Origin: Escherichia coli | GTDB lineage: Bacteria; Pseudomonadota; Gammaproteobacteria; Enterobacterales; Enterobacteriaceae | NCBI GenBank assembly: GCA_902500055.1 | Contig: GCA_902500055.1_4131.1 | Direction: 5' to 3' (one strand) | Length of the DNA stretch: 64,000 nt | Shown: one piece after another, positions 36,586 to 46,597 of the stretch | Layout of the letters: each line of letters begins with the position of its first letter | How positions within the stretch are numbered: the first letter of the stretch is position 1 | Made by a program: the position numbers and the translations under genes | Notes under the pieces: model-generated | Told to the model about the DNA's origin: nothing | The model's input: the letters and a program-made list of their open reading frames with translations, nothing else | Database searches by the model: none

Positions 36586-39500
36586 ATGACTAATAATTTT
36601 AAGTTTCAACCTACACAGATGGCTGAAGCAGTACAGAAGAAGCTTTTTATTAAAAGATTGCCTGAGTGGATGCAAGGCTTAGAAGATATTCAAAAAGTCA
36701 GTGATGATGTTATTCAACAATGGTTTAATCCGGCTGAAAACGAATTAGTTGACGGCTATATTGGTGATATGGGTTCTCCTGCCGCTGCTGGTAATATCTT
36801 CTTACATGAAAGTACTGTAGCACGTCAACTTTATCAGTTGTCCACTGCTTACGTCTCAAAAAATGATGATTCGACAATTCGTTCAATTCAATTTTATGAT
36901 GATCTAGTTGGATACATGAATCATTATGGAGCACTAACCGATAATGAAAGCCGTTTGTTCAACGGTAAGTTTTATGCATGGACTCCAGCTATTAACCCAA
37001 ATAAAATGAACAATTTTAGCTCATATCTTTGGGATACTAAAAACTCTTATAATATTACTTCACCTGATTACATTGTAATGGAACGTGGAGCACTTAATGG
37101 TAATACATGGTCACTACAAAACTTTTGGTATACTTTAGGTGAAACATTAGAAGATGGCTCAATATTAACTGAAGAATTAATGCAAGATTCACGTTTTATT
37201 CGTGCACGTGCACCAATTATTGAATATAATAAAAATATTGAGCTAATTAACTACGGTACAAAATTCCGTGGAACTGTTGATCTGTTCTCTGATATTATTA
37301 AACCTGAAGATATCGTTCAAAAAGATATTAATAGTGGTATACGTATTGATGGTATTATTCCGCAAGATGGAATGCGTATTCTATTCACCAGTATTGGTAA
37401 CAATGGTGAAAACAATAGAATTTATAATGTATATGTGAAAAAAATGCAAGATGGTACTCGTGTTTATGGTTTAGCACTAGATCCAGAAGAAGAAACCGAA
37501 TCACGCCCAAGTGGTGAACCACAAGATGGTGATGTTGTTCTAATCACTAAAGGTAATGAGTATGGTAATAGTTCTATGTACTGGAATGGATCTTTGTGGG
37601 TTCGTGCACAATCAAAAACTAGTGTTAACGTATTCCCTAAATTCCAACTTTATGATCGTAATGGTATCAAACTTGACAACAGTACTACATATCCATCAAG
37701 TAACTTTAAAGGTTCAGAGTTGTTTGGTTTTAAAATAAATTACAACTATGCAACTGATAGTGTATATGGATATAACATTGAACTTGGTGATTATAATTAT
37801 TACATTTATGAAAACTTTTTACAATCCCAACGTTATACCTATGACCATCTTGGAAAAGAAGTTGAAATTGATGGTTTATACTATTATAACATTATTGATG
37901 AAAATAATGAAATGAATCTTCAAACCGATTGGGTTCGTTCAGAAGAGTACTCTAAACAATTTGTAAAACAAACTCCACAAGTCAAACGTACTGATATGTA
38001 TCGTGTATTCAGTACTGTTTATGATATGGAAGTTTTTAAAGAACCAGTTGATGGTATGTATGCATATGTTATTGAAGTTGATAGAACCTATCAGTACTAT
38101 AAAGCAGACCGCGAAACTTATCTAGACTGGCATCCAATCACTGGTGATGGTGTTCAGATTGTAAAATATGACCATACATTCGAATTGGCACAAAAAGTTT
38201 TAGATAATGATTCTGATATTATTGAAGTTGTGGTTGATGGTGTTGATGTGTCCAAATATACCAAAAATGTTTCAAAAGGTCAAGTACAAAGCATCACTCT
38301 AGATAGTACTGTAGATTTGGATGAAGATTCTGTTATTCAAATCAGAACTTATAGCAGTACTGTAACTCCTAATAAAGAATTAGGTGCATATGAAGTTCCA
38401 ATCAACCTACAAAATAACCCATATAATTCTAATATTATATACATTAACCAAGGTGACTACACTTTACATTTTCAGGATATTATTCAAAAGAACATTACAC
38501 GTGGTTCTTCTGATGATTTCAATGACTATGAAGAACGTTTGGCTAAAGGATTGGTTAATAATGGCGTAGGTACTAAAATTATCCAAAATGAAGCATCTAT
38601 GCTTCCATTGATGGCACATACTGCAAATGAAGATATTGATTTGTTTGAAGCAACTATGTTTATGCAATCTGAATATTTTAGATTCATTAATAAATTTAAT
38701 ACACAAATGCTTCGTATGTATGATGAAAATCCATCAGACTTTTTACAAAATAGTGCTGCAAACATTGTTGATGCAATTTTAACTACTATTAATATGGGAC
38801 GTGATAGTTCATTCCCATTCTATTATGATAATGTTGGAAGTACTTCTGGATTCATTCGTGCATTTATACCACCAACACCACAGTTCTTAGGTATTCTTCA
38901 AGCATATGTACCAGAAAAAGCGACATTCCTCACTGCTGGTAGTAAACCAAGCTGTTATAACATCAGTCATACTGGTATTATTTCCAAAGCATACCGTGTT
39001 ATCAATGGTGTTGATAAAATGGATGATGTTGTATATGAATTAGAAAATAGAATTTTTAATAGTATTGATAATAAATTCAAAGATGTTGATTACGTACCAG
39101 TATTGAATAGTGATGACCTTTTCCCTACACCATATTTCACTAAAACTGAATATAGTGCTGAAGAGAAACAAACATTATTACTACGTGGATACATTAACTT
39201 CACCGCAACTAATGGTATCAGTAATAGTACACATGATTATGATCCTAACAATTGGAGAACTTGGAACTATACTGGCACTTATTATGTAGTTAATGGTCAA
39301 AGTACTGAAATTCCTGCTCGTGGTTCATGGCGTGCAATTTATACTGACCAATATGGTACATATCGCCCTGCAACACATCCGTGGGAAATGTTTGGCTTTT
39401 CACAGCGTCCAACTTGGTGGAACCAAGAATATGAACCAACTGCTGTTCAAGTTGGTGAGCGTGATAGTGATGTGGTATATGTATATGAAGCACTTGTTAT

Positions 39501-42500
39501 GAATGAACAAGGAGATTTAGTTCCTAGTGGTCTATGGGATATCGACGGCACTATCGGAGATAGTAGTACTGGTACTATTTTGTCTGGTGATCGCCGTGGA
39601 CAGTATGACAAATATAAAAGATTTGGTGTACAGCCATTTAAAATCACAAAAACTGGTAATAAAACATCTTCCGGTATTGATATTTGTGTTGTTGAATATA
39701 TTGCACCTGAAATTTTAGGTTTAGTGTCTGGTTCTTTAAATCATAGAGCAGAACCTTGGGCATATGGTGACATGGGTGACATGGAATTTACATACATGAA
39801 CACTACATTGTTTGCATATGACCAAATGCTACTTTTGTATAAAGCTAAACCTGCACAATTTGCTAACTATTTTTGGGATACCCGAAATGACAATTTAAAA
39901 GAAGTATTCACTGATGGTTCACAATTCCTTTATGGTGATACACGTAAGCGTATTAATTTTGATAAAAACACTGTAGTTCATGGTGAAAATAACACAAGAA
40001 CAATTGGTTATCAAATGTTTGTTAGTGATTATTTGATGTATCAAAATAAAAACATTACAACCAAATATGGGGATGTAGTTCGTTCTTCTTATATAAATGT
40101 TGGTCATAAAATTGGTGGTTTTACTAAAGCAGATCAGCTAACATTCAATGCTAAATCATTTGGTCTTATTTCACAAGAAAACCAAACTATTGGTCTTGTT
40201 CGCTCGAATAATATTCGTGATGAACAAATGAGTGCTATCAAAATTACTTGGAATGGTAGTGCATATCAGATTGATGGATATGATTTAGTTGGTGCTAAAT
40301 TCAAATATAAACTGCCAGTGAAAAATGGTAGAAAAGTAACTCTTAAATTAGAAAACCGCAATGTTGTTCATTATAACGAATGGAAATCTGAAGCTTCCAT
40401 TGAATATGGTAAAGTTTTTAATAGTTACCAAGAAGTTTATACTTTTATTTGTGGTTATGGTGAATATCTTAAAGAACATGGCTGGATTTTTGAAGATGTA
40501 AATGATAGTGGTGCTCAACAAGATTGGAACACTATTGCTAAAGATTTTGTGATCTGGAGTCAGAATTCTCTGGTAACGGGTGAATTTATTTCTTGTACAC
40601 CAAGTGCAGCAAATGCTAAATTTGGTGCAGACTTTGGTTCAGTTCAATCTATTACACAAAATAACGGTGGTGTGTGGTCATTACTTGATGATAACAACCA
40701 AGGTATACGTCAATATGAAATTGAAACTTCTCGTATTGGTAATATCTTTACTGTTAGAACTTTAGAATCCAATAAACGTATAGCATTAATTCGTTTAAGT
40801 TTGTGTTCATATGAACATGCTGTTATTTTTGATGATAAGACTATTTTTGGTGATTATATCTATCAGCCAACTTATGGTTCTATTCAAGAATTAATTAAAA
40901 TGTATGGCTACATTACTGGTTCATGGACTGGTCGTCTACAAGCTCCTGGATTTATTATCTTGGAAGCTGGAACACTACCATCATTTGAAAAATTAGTGTC
41001 GGATTTCCAACATTATTATGATAGTGAAACTCCAGTAAGTGATGTACAATTACAAGAGTTGTCAAACCATTTGATTGGTTATCAATCTCGTGATTATCTA
41101 CAGCGTATGATTAGTAGTGATGTTAGTCGTGTTGATTTCTATAAAGGATTCATTCATGATAAAGGTACTAACCAAGTTTTAGAACGTGTACTTCGTGTTT
41201 CTAAATCATATGACACAGATGAATATAAAGCATTACAAGAATGGGCATTTAAAATTGGTACATATGGTAATATTGATGGTAAGAAAAACCTTCAATTTAA
41301 ACTAATCAATGACCAATTTAAACAACAACCACAAATGGTATCTTTTGATGTAAACGCTACTTCAAATGGAAATGGAAACAATATTGTATACTTCGGCGAA
41401 CAAGGTAAAGATCCTCGTTGGATTACACGTCCAAATGGTAAGTTCTCATTCCCGATGCGTAGTGGAAGAAGTGAAAACATTCAACTTCCAGATATTGGTC
41501 CAGTAACATTGGATGAAGTATCTTACACTACAAAAGATTTCAGTACTGCATATAATGACCGTATAACTTACACTAATGGTAAAGGTGAAAACCCTGAATC
41601 TGTTTGGATGTTTAAAGACGGAAATGGTTTATGGAATATTTTTGAATTAGTTGATACTAATGTGCAAATGGTTTCTATAACACCTATTGAAAATACCGAT
41701 GTGTATGCTGAACAATTTTGTAAAGTAACTTTAACTGATAATGTGCCACTTGAAGATGGTGATTATTATTATTTTGTTGATGAAACTAACTTTATGCCAG
41801 ATACTTTAACAGTAGAAAGTCAATATTATACTGCTGGTTCTGATCCTAAAGTTATGGTAGTTCCATTTGACACTTCTATTGATATTGAATTTACTGATCC
41901 AGATACACGTCCACGTTTGTATCGTTATGTATCACGTTTTGCCAGTGCAGAAGAGCGTCAAGCATATATTGACAAAAAGTATAGTTACAAAGCACCACAA
42001 AGTACTTTTTTTGACCGTCCAACTACATATGATGAACGTACTAACATTACTGCATTATATCTAAATGTGTATGACCCTATCAATGGGGTTATTCCTGGTG
42101 CAGCAATGCAAAACGTAACTTATACGTCACCAATAGACCCAGCACAATATAATAGCAATGGTGAATTAATTCAGGCTTGGGGTGCTGATAAAGTTGGTCA
42201 AGTATGGTGGAACACTAGCACTGCATTTTATTTGGATTATACTCGTGCAATTTATGACGCAGACGGTAATGTTGACATTGATGCAACCAATGAATACAAA
42301 CGTTACAACTGGGGTCGTTTATTACCACATAGTACAATTGATGTGTTAGAGTGGGTTTGTTCACCAGTTGAGCCATATAACTGGGACAAATACTGTAAAG
42401 ATGTTGCTAAGAAAAACAAAAATAATACTATGTATCTACCAAGTGGAACTGCACTTGAAGATAATTATAGTACATTTTTGGAATATGATAGTTCAACTGA

Positions 42501-45500
42501 TAGTTATGTGACAAAATACTATTTCTGGGTACGTGATACAATTTATGTACCACCACTACATACCAGAACAAAATCATGTACTGACATTGCTCGTATTATT
42601 AAAGATCCAACACAGCTAAACATTCCTTGGTTCGCTCCAATCAATGAAAACTCGTTTATTCTTAGTAATATGCAATTTAAAGTGAATGATGATACCAGTA
42701 TTTTAACTGTTTCTTATTACATGGATAGTACTGAAGTTGTTAAACATGACCAGTATCAACTATGTAAAGAAGGTGACAGCTATAACTTTAACCCACTAAT
42801 TTGGGATTCAATGTGGAACTCACTAATTGGTCAAGAAACAACTGAATCAGGTTCTGTGATTAATTTATTATATCCAGATGTTGATAACGGTTTAGGTTCA
42901 AACAAAACTTGGTTCCAAAATGTTATAGAAGCTCGTAGAAACTTTGTAGAAAGTGCTAATAATTATTATAGGTCACAAAACATAACCACTAATAGTGTTG
43001 TTATGAAAGATGTGTTTAATGTTAAAACCACTGAAGTTAACCCTAATGAAGTTTCTTTCCGTGTCTTGTCTTACAATAATGAATTAGTTATTGCAGTTGA
43101 AAGTGATAAATTTAAAGAAAATGACGCTGTTATTTTAAGTACTAGTGGATATCTACCAAATCCATTAACTTCTAGTGCTGTTTATTTTATTCACTTCGAC
43201 GAAAATGGATATATTCAGTTAATGAATAGTCCAGCAAACGCGGGTAGTGTTGTTACTATAACGTTAGAGAACAAAGGTGAGGGACAACATAAAATGATTA
43301 AGCAATCTGATTATGTTGAATCACTAGGAACTTCATTAGACATGACTCAGTACTGGTCATATGCTGATTGGTATGATGTTGGGTATGATAGTAACACGAC
43401 TTATACACAAGAGTCAAGCTTAGAAGATGCTAATACTAAAAACTACCAAGTTGGCGATATTATCAGAGTTACCGATAGTGAAAACATTTGGACATTGTAT
43501 ATTAAATCACAATCACGCGATTCAATTTATTGGAAAGCGATTGGTCGTGAAAACAGTACAGTTGAACTCAATGATATGCTTTACGCAGATTATAGTGTTC
43601 ATAATGATAATGGTTCACTAAGCAATCGTGAAATCAACGTTCGTAAAGCACTAGCTTTACTCAAAAATTCTTTCGATTTACATCAAAGCGAAATTGTTTT
43701 TGATATGGTCAAATATGTACATGTTGAACAAAGTGTTGTGGATTGGGTATTTAAAACATCATATATCTATATTGTTGGTTTGGAACAATCATTAGTTCAA
43801 AACTATTCAAACGATAATTTGATTAATCAAATTGTTGAATATTTTGAAGAAGTTAAACCTTATAGAACTAAAATTCGTTCACAAATAGAGCAAAAGACAT
43901 CTGATGATGATTTAATAAAAGGTCTATGTAATGATTTAGATCCTAATGGATATATTTTCGTTGATGGTTCTTGGATCAAAACTGAAAAAGATATTTGGGA
44001 TTATGAGTACGCTCAATTTAATGAAATTACCCAAAAATGGGAACAGGTAGGTTCACTACCAAGTGATTTCGTTACACCAAATAGAAGATTCCAAGAAATT
44101 GATATTATTATGCATTATGATAATATTCAGTGTAAACCAAATGAAGATTTGGCAAGCATAAATGAATTAGTAAGTGTTAATAACAAATATCAATCCAATG
44201 AAAAGGATGCTGTTAGTAACTATGAATTACAACGTTATATATATTCTTTCCCAGAATATAGTGAAGAAACTTTCGATCTTCTTATTGCTTATCAAATGCA
44301 AATCTACTATCCAGAATTGGATGTAACACTAGGAACAGCATATGGCGTTAACCAGTGGTATAAAGACCATGCGGAAGATTTAGAAGCAACTGATGAATTC
44401 ACTGCTACATTGGAACGTGTTTATAAAGAATCAACGCATAACGATATGTTTACTGACCTTAGACAATATGTTCAGTATAACACATTGGCAAACCGTTTGA
44501 AACTTTATAAAGATATAAGTGATGAGAAAATTCACGATGAAGTTGGATGTGGATTTAGTGGACTTACTTATAATGACAATCCTAGTACTAGACTTCCATT
44601 AGGCTTTTCTTCTAGTAATGATTATAACTATGGATATTTTGAAATAAGCAGTGAATTGTATCAAAAATACATTTCATTAATTAAAGATAAAAATCCTGAC
44701 GCATCAGACTATGAAGTAAAAGTTAAACTTGAAGTTGAGTATGGTGTATATGTTTATCGTTATGATGAAGTAGGTGGTGATACCCGTTTCTATACTGATG
44801 CTATTCACGTATTAGCAGGTATGAGAGGGTTATTCGACAAAGACGCTACTGATAAGTACGAAAAAGCTGAAGAGATTCTTAGTAAGACCCCAATTGATAT
44901 CTATGCAATTACAATGATTCCACGAAAATATGTTTACTTAAATGTTAACGGTGTATATCAAAGTATACCTGATGAACAAAGTATTGATGATTTCATGGAA
45001 GATTATTTTATCACAAATGGTGAAATGGTTGAACTAGCTGAAATAAATCTTGATGATTTACCACTAGATCAAAATAATCCAATGTATTCTGATTATCAAT
45101 ATATACTTGATAGTATTACTGAAGCTAAGTACTTCAATGATATGAATGCATTTGATAACCTAGCATTAGAATCTCAAACTTCTTCAATAAAATGGGAAGT
45201 TAAAGATGATGAGGTTGATCCTTATATTGTGGATATATCTGACATAAACCCTTCTGGGCGTGATGTTGGTCAAATTAGATTTACAGTTGATGGATATGGG
45301 TTTGACAATGTATCTCTTGTACAATTACGTGATAACAGCAGATATCAAACTGAAGGTATGGCAATTATCAATCCATATAAACATACAGAAGCAATTGTTA
45401 GTATTCCTTCATATGCTAAGATTGAAAATGATATTAATAAAACAACATCGAAGTTTGATGAAAAATATTTCTATCGTGTGAGATCTATTAATAGCTTAAC

Positions 45501-46557
45501 TGAAGCAGAAATAGTTGACAATGACCTATCTGATGGTGATAAGGTGATGATTTTCACTCCTGATGGTGAAGATTTTGTGAGATATCAAAATCACACATGG
45601 GAAACAATCTTGCGTGTATCTAACATCAAAAACAATACAACTCCGATCCTATTCACTGTAAGAAATACAGGTAAGGAAACGATTGAATTGATTGATGAGA
45701 GTACTGGTGCAGTTCTCCGTTATGATAACATCACTCTTGCACAACAAAATGAGCCAGTACAGCCTCTAGCATTGAACATTGTTCGTGTTAGAACATTTGC
45801 TGACCCTGAATTTGTCAAGAATGGTATTAAATTGTATGAACAAAATAGAAATTACACCATTGATGTAATTAATTATGATGTTTTCTACGATACTACTTTA
45901 AATGGTGGTAAGTACAATGACGGAATAACACCAGATGACGTTGACGTTTGGATAATCTCTAATGAAATATTTGATGTTGATGGAATTACTATCGATAACG
46001 GTTATAACTTACCAATTACGGGTGCGGGAGTTCTTAGTGAATTGGCAAGAACTAAAATGACTGATAGTTTAGAAATCAACGTTATCGAATATGATTCAAG
46101 TGTTATTCAACCGTTTAGAAATAATGAAGGGATATGGGTTTATGGATTCCCAATGGTTGACGGTATGTATATCGGTGTTGTTGGTGGTACTGTTACTAAC
46201 ATCACAACCATTAGTGAAGAAAATACAACCTATGTTTCTCAACCTAAATCAATAAGTCCTTATAGTATTAGAAATAATGTTTTATCCGGTTCAGCCGCAA
46301 ACATGAATGATATTATATCGATTGGATATGAAAAAGTTGAAGTTAGAAATGCAAATAATTTACTCCGTGGTGTAATGTATAGTGCAGAACATGATTTTAA
46401 ACTTAATACTACATATTCTTTCAATGGAATTAATTTAGGTAATTATGATATGTTAAAACGTTACACACAAAATAGTTACACTATAGATCTTTCAGTATAC
46501 ACTGATAGTCTACAAGTTAGTGGTAATGATATTAAAAATATATTATTAGTTAAGTAA
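36586..46557 (+). CDS. giant virion structural protein (~3,320 aa), positional analogue of baseplate gp7
   Basis: Uninterrupted ~10-kb reading frame in the baseplate module; start set to ATG 36586 (GGAG 8 nt upstream) rather than track start 36556, which lacks an RBS. Non-repetitive, Asn/Tyr/Asp/Thr-rich. No catalytic motif recognised by eye. Confidence 0.6.
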   Translation: MTNNFKFQPTQMAEAVQKKLFIKRLPEWMQGLEDIQKVSDDVIQQWFNPAENELVDGYIGDMGSPAAAGNIFLHESTVARQLYQLSTAYVSKNDDSTIRSIQFYDDLVGYMNHYGALTDNESRLFNGKFYAWTPAINPNKMNNFSSYLWDTKNSYNITSPDYIVMERGALNGNTWSLQNFWYTLGETLEDGSILTEELMQDSRFIRARAPIIEYNKNIELINYGTKFRGTVDLFSDIIKPEDIVQKDINSGIRIDGIIPQDGMRILFTSIGNNGENNRIYNVYVKKMQDGTRVYGLALDPEEETESRPSGEPQDGDVVLITKGNEYGNSSMYWNGSLWVRAQSKTSVNVFPKFQLYDRNGIKLDNSTTYPSSNFKGSELFGFKINYNYATDSVYGYNIELGDYNYYIYENFLQSQRYTYDHLGKEVEIDGLYYYNIIDENNEMNLQTDWVRSEEYSKQFVKQTPQVKRTDMYRVFSTVYDMEVFKEPVDGMYAYVIEVDRTYQYYKADRETYLDWHPITGDGVQIVKYDHTFELAQKVLDNDSDIIEVVVDGVDVSKYTKNVSKGQVQSITLDSTVDLDEDSVIQIRTYSSTVTPNKELGAYEVPINLQNNPYNSNIIYINQGDYTLHFQDIIQKNITRGSSDDFNDYEERLAKGLVNNGVGTKIIQNEASMLPLMAHTANEDIDLFEATMFMQSEYFRFINKFNTQMLRMYDENPSDFLQNSAANIVDAILTTINMGRDSSFPFYYDNVGSTSGFIRAFIPPTPQFLGILQAYVPEKATFLTAGSKPSCYNISHTGIISKAYRVINGVDKMDDVVYELENRIFNSIDNKFKDVDYVPVLNSDDLFPTPYFTKTEYSAEEKQTLLLRGYINFTATNGISNSTHDYDPNNWRTWNYTGTYYVVNGQSTEIPARGSWRAIYTDQYGTYRPATHPWEMFGFSQRPTWWNQEYEPTAVQVGERDSDVVYVYEALVMNEQGDLVPSGLWDIDGTIGDSSTGTILSGDRRGQYDKYKRFGVQPFKITKTGNKTSSGIDICVVEYIAPEILGLVSGSLNHRAEPWAYGDMGDMEFTYMNTTLFAYDQMLLLYKAKPAQFANYFWDTRNDNLKEVFTDGSQFLYGDTRKRINFDKNTVVHGENNTRTIGYQMFVSDYLMYQNKNITTKYGDVVRSSYINVGHKIGGFTKADQLTFNAKSFGLISQENQTIGLVRSNNIRDEQMSAIKITWNGSAYQIDGYDLVGAKFKYKLPVKNGRKVTLKLENRNVVHYNEWKSEASIEYGKVFNSYQEVYTFICGYGEYLKEHGWIFEDVNDSGAQQDWNTIAKDFVIWSQNSLVTGEFISCTPSAANAKFGADFGSVQSITQNNGGVWSLLDDNNQGIRQYEIETSRIGNIFTVRTLESNKRIALIRLSLCSYEHAVIFDDKTIFGDYIYQPTYGSIQELIKMYGYITGSWTGRLQAPGFIILEAGTLPSFEKLVSDFQHYYDSETPVSDVQLQELSNHLIGYQSRDYLQRMISSDVSRVDFYKGFIHDKGTNQVLERVLRVSKSYDTDEYKALQEWAFKIGTYGNIDGKKNLQFKLINDQFKQQPQMVSFDVNATSNGNGNNIVYFGEQGKDPRWITRPNGKFSFPMRSGRSENIQLPDIGPVTLDEVSYTTKDFSTAYNDRITYTNGKGENPESVWMFKDGNGLWNIFELVDTNVQMVSITPIENTDVYAEQFCKVTLTDNVPLEDGDYYYFVDETNFMPDTLTVESQYYTAGSDPKVMVVPFDTSIDIEFTDPDTRPRLYRYVSRFASAEERQAYIDKKYSYKAPQSTFFDRPTTYDERTNITALYLNVYDPINGVIPGAAMQNVTYTSPIDPAQYNSNGELIQAWGADKVGQVWWNTSTAFYLDYTRAIYDADGNVDIDATNEYKRYNWGRLLPHSTIDVLEWVCSPVEPYNWDKYCKDVAKKNKNNTMYLPSGTALEDNYSTFLEYDSSTDSYVTKYYFWVRDTIYVPPLHTRTKSCTDIARIIKDPTQLNIPWFAPINENSFILSNMQFKVNDDTSILTVSYYMDSTEVVKHDQYQLCKEGDSYNFNPLIWDSMWNSLIGQETTESGSVINLLYPDVDNGLGSNKTWFQNVIEARRNFVESANNYYRSQNITTNSVVMKDVFNVKTTEVNPNEVSFRVLSYNNELVIAVESDKFKENDAVILSTSGYLPNPLTSSAVYFIHFDENGYIQLMNSPANAGSVVTITLENKGEGQHKMIKQSDYVESLGTSLDMTQYWSYADWYDVGYDSNTTYTQESSLEDANTKNYQVGDIIRVTDSENIWTLYIKSQSRDSIYWKAIGRENSTVELNDMLYADYSVHNDNGSLSNREINVRKALALLKNSFDLHQSEIVFDMVKYVHVEQSVVDWVFKTSYIYIVGLEQSLVQNYSNDNLINQIVEYFEEVKPYRTKIRSQIEQKTSDDDLIKGLCNDLDPNGYIFVDGSWIKTEKDIWDYEYAQFNEITQKWEQVGSLPSDFVTPNRRFQEIDIIMHYDNIQCKPNEDLASINELVSVNNKYQSNEKDAVSNYELQRYIYSFPEYSEETFDLLIAYQMQIYYPELDVTLGTAYGVNQWYKDHAEDLEATDEFTATLERVYKESTHNDMFTDLRQYVQYNTLANRLKLYKDISDEKIHDEVGCGFSGLTYNDNPSTRLPLGFSSSNDYNYGYFEISSELYQKYISLIKDKNPDASDYEVKVKLEVEYGVYVYRYDEVGGDTRFYTDAIHVLAGMRGLFDKDATDKYEKAEEILSKTPIDIYAITMIPRKYVYLNVNGVYQSIPDEQSIDDFMEDYFITNGEMVELAEINLDDLPLDQNNPMYSDYQYILDSITEAKYFNDMNAFDNLALESQTSSIKWEVKDDEVDPYIVDISDINPSGRDVGQIRFTVDGYGFDNVSLVQLRDNSRYQTEGMAIINPYKHTEAIVSIPSYAKIENDINKTTSKFDEKYFYRVRSINSLTEAEIVDNDLSDGDKVMIFTPDGEDFVRYQNHTWETILRVSNIKNNTTPILFTVRNTGKETIELIDESTGAVLRYDNITLAQQNEPVQPLALNIVRVRTFADPEFVKNGIKLYEQNRNYTIDVINYDVFYDTTLNGGKYNDGITPDDVDVWIISNEIFDVDGITIDNGYNLPITGAGVLSELARTKMTDSLEINVIEYDSSVIQPFRNNEGIWVYGFPMVDGMYIGVVGGTVTNITTISEENTTYVSQPKSISPYSIRNNVLSGSAANMNDIISIGYEKVEVRNANNLLRGVMYSAEHDFKLNTTYSFNGINLGNYDMLKRYTQNSYTIDLSVYTDSLQVSGNDIKNILLVK

Positions 46558-46565
46558 TAAAAAAA

Positions 46566-46597
46566 GGAGAGCATTATGCTCTCCTTTTCTTTTTTTA
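46566..46597. terminator. bidirectional terminator (GGAGAGCAT/ATGCTCTCC, A-run upstream, T-run downstream)
   Basis: Perfect hairpin between convergent giant structural gene (+) and ClpA-like gene (-). Confidence 0.65.

Noticed and set aside
38384-45481. Numerous 60-80-aa ORFs on both strands inside the giant structural gene
   Set aside because: All lie within or antisense to the single long frame and show low-complexity or hydrophobic composition typical of random AT-rich frames.
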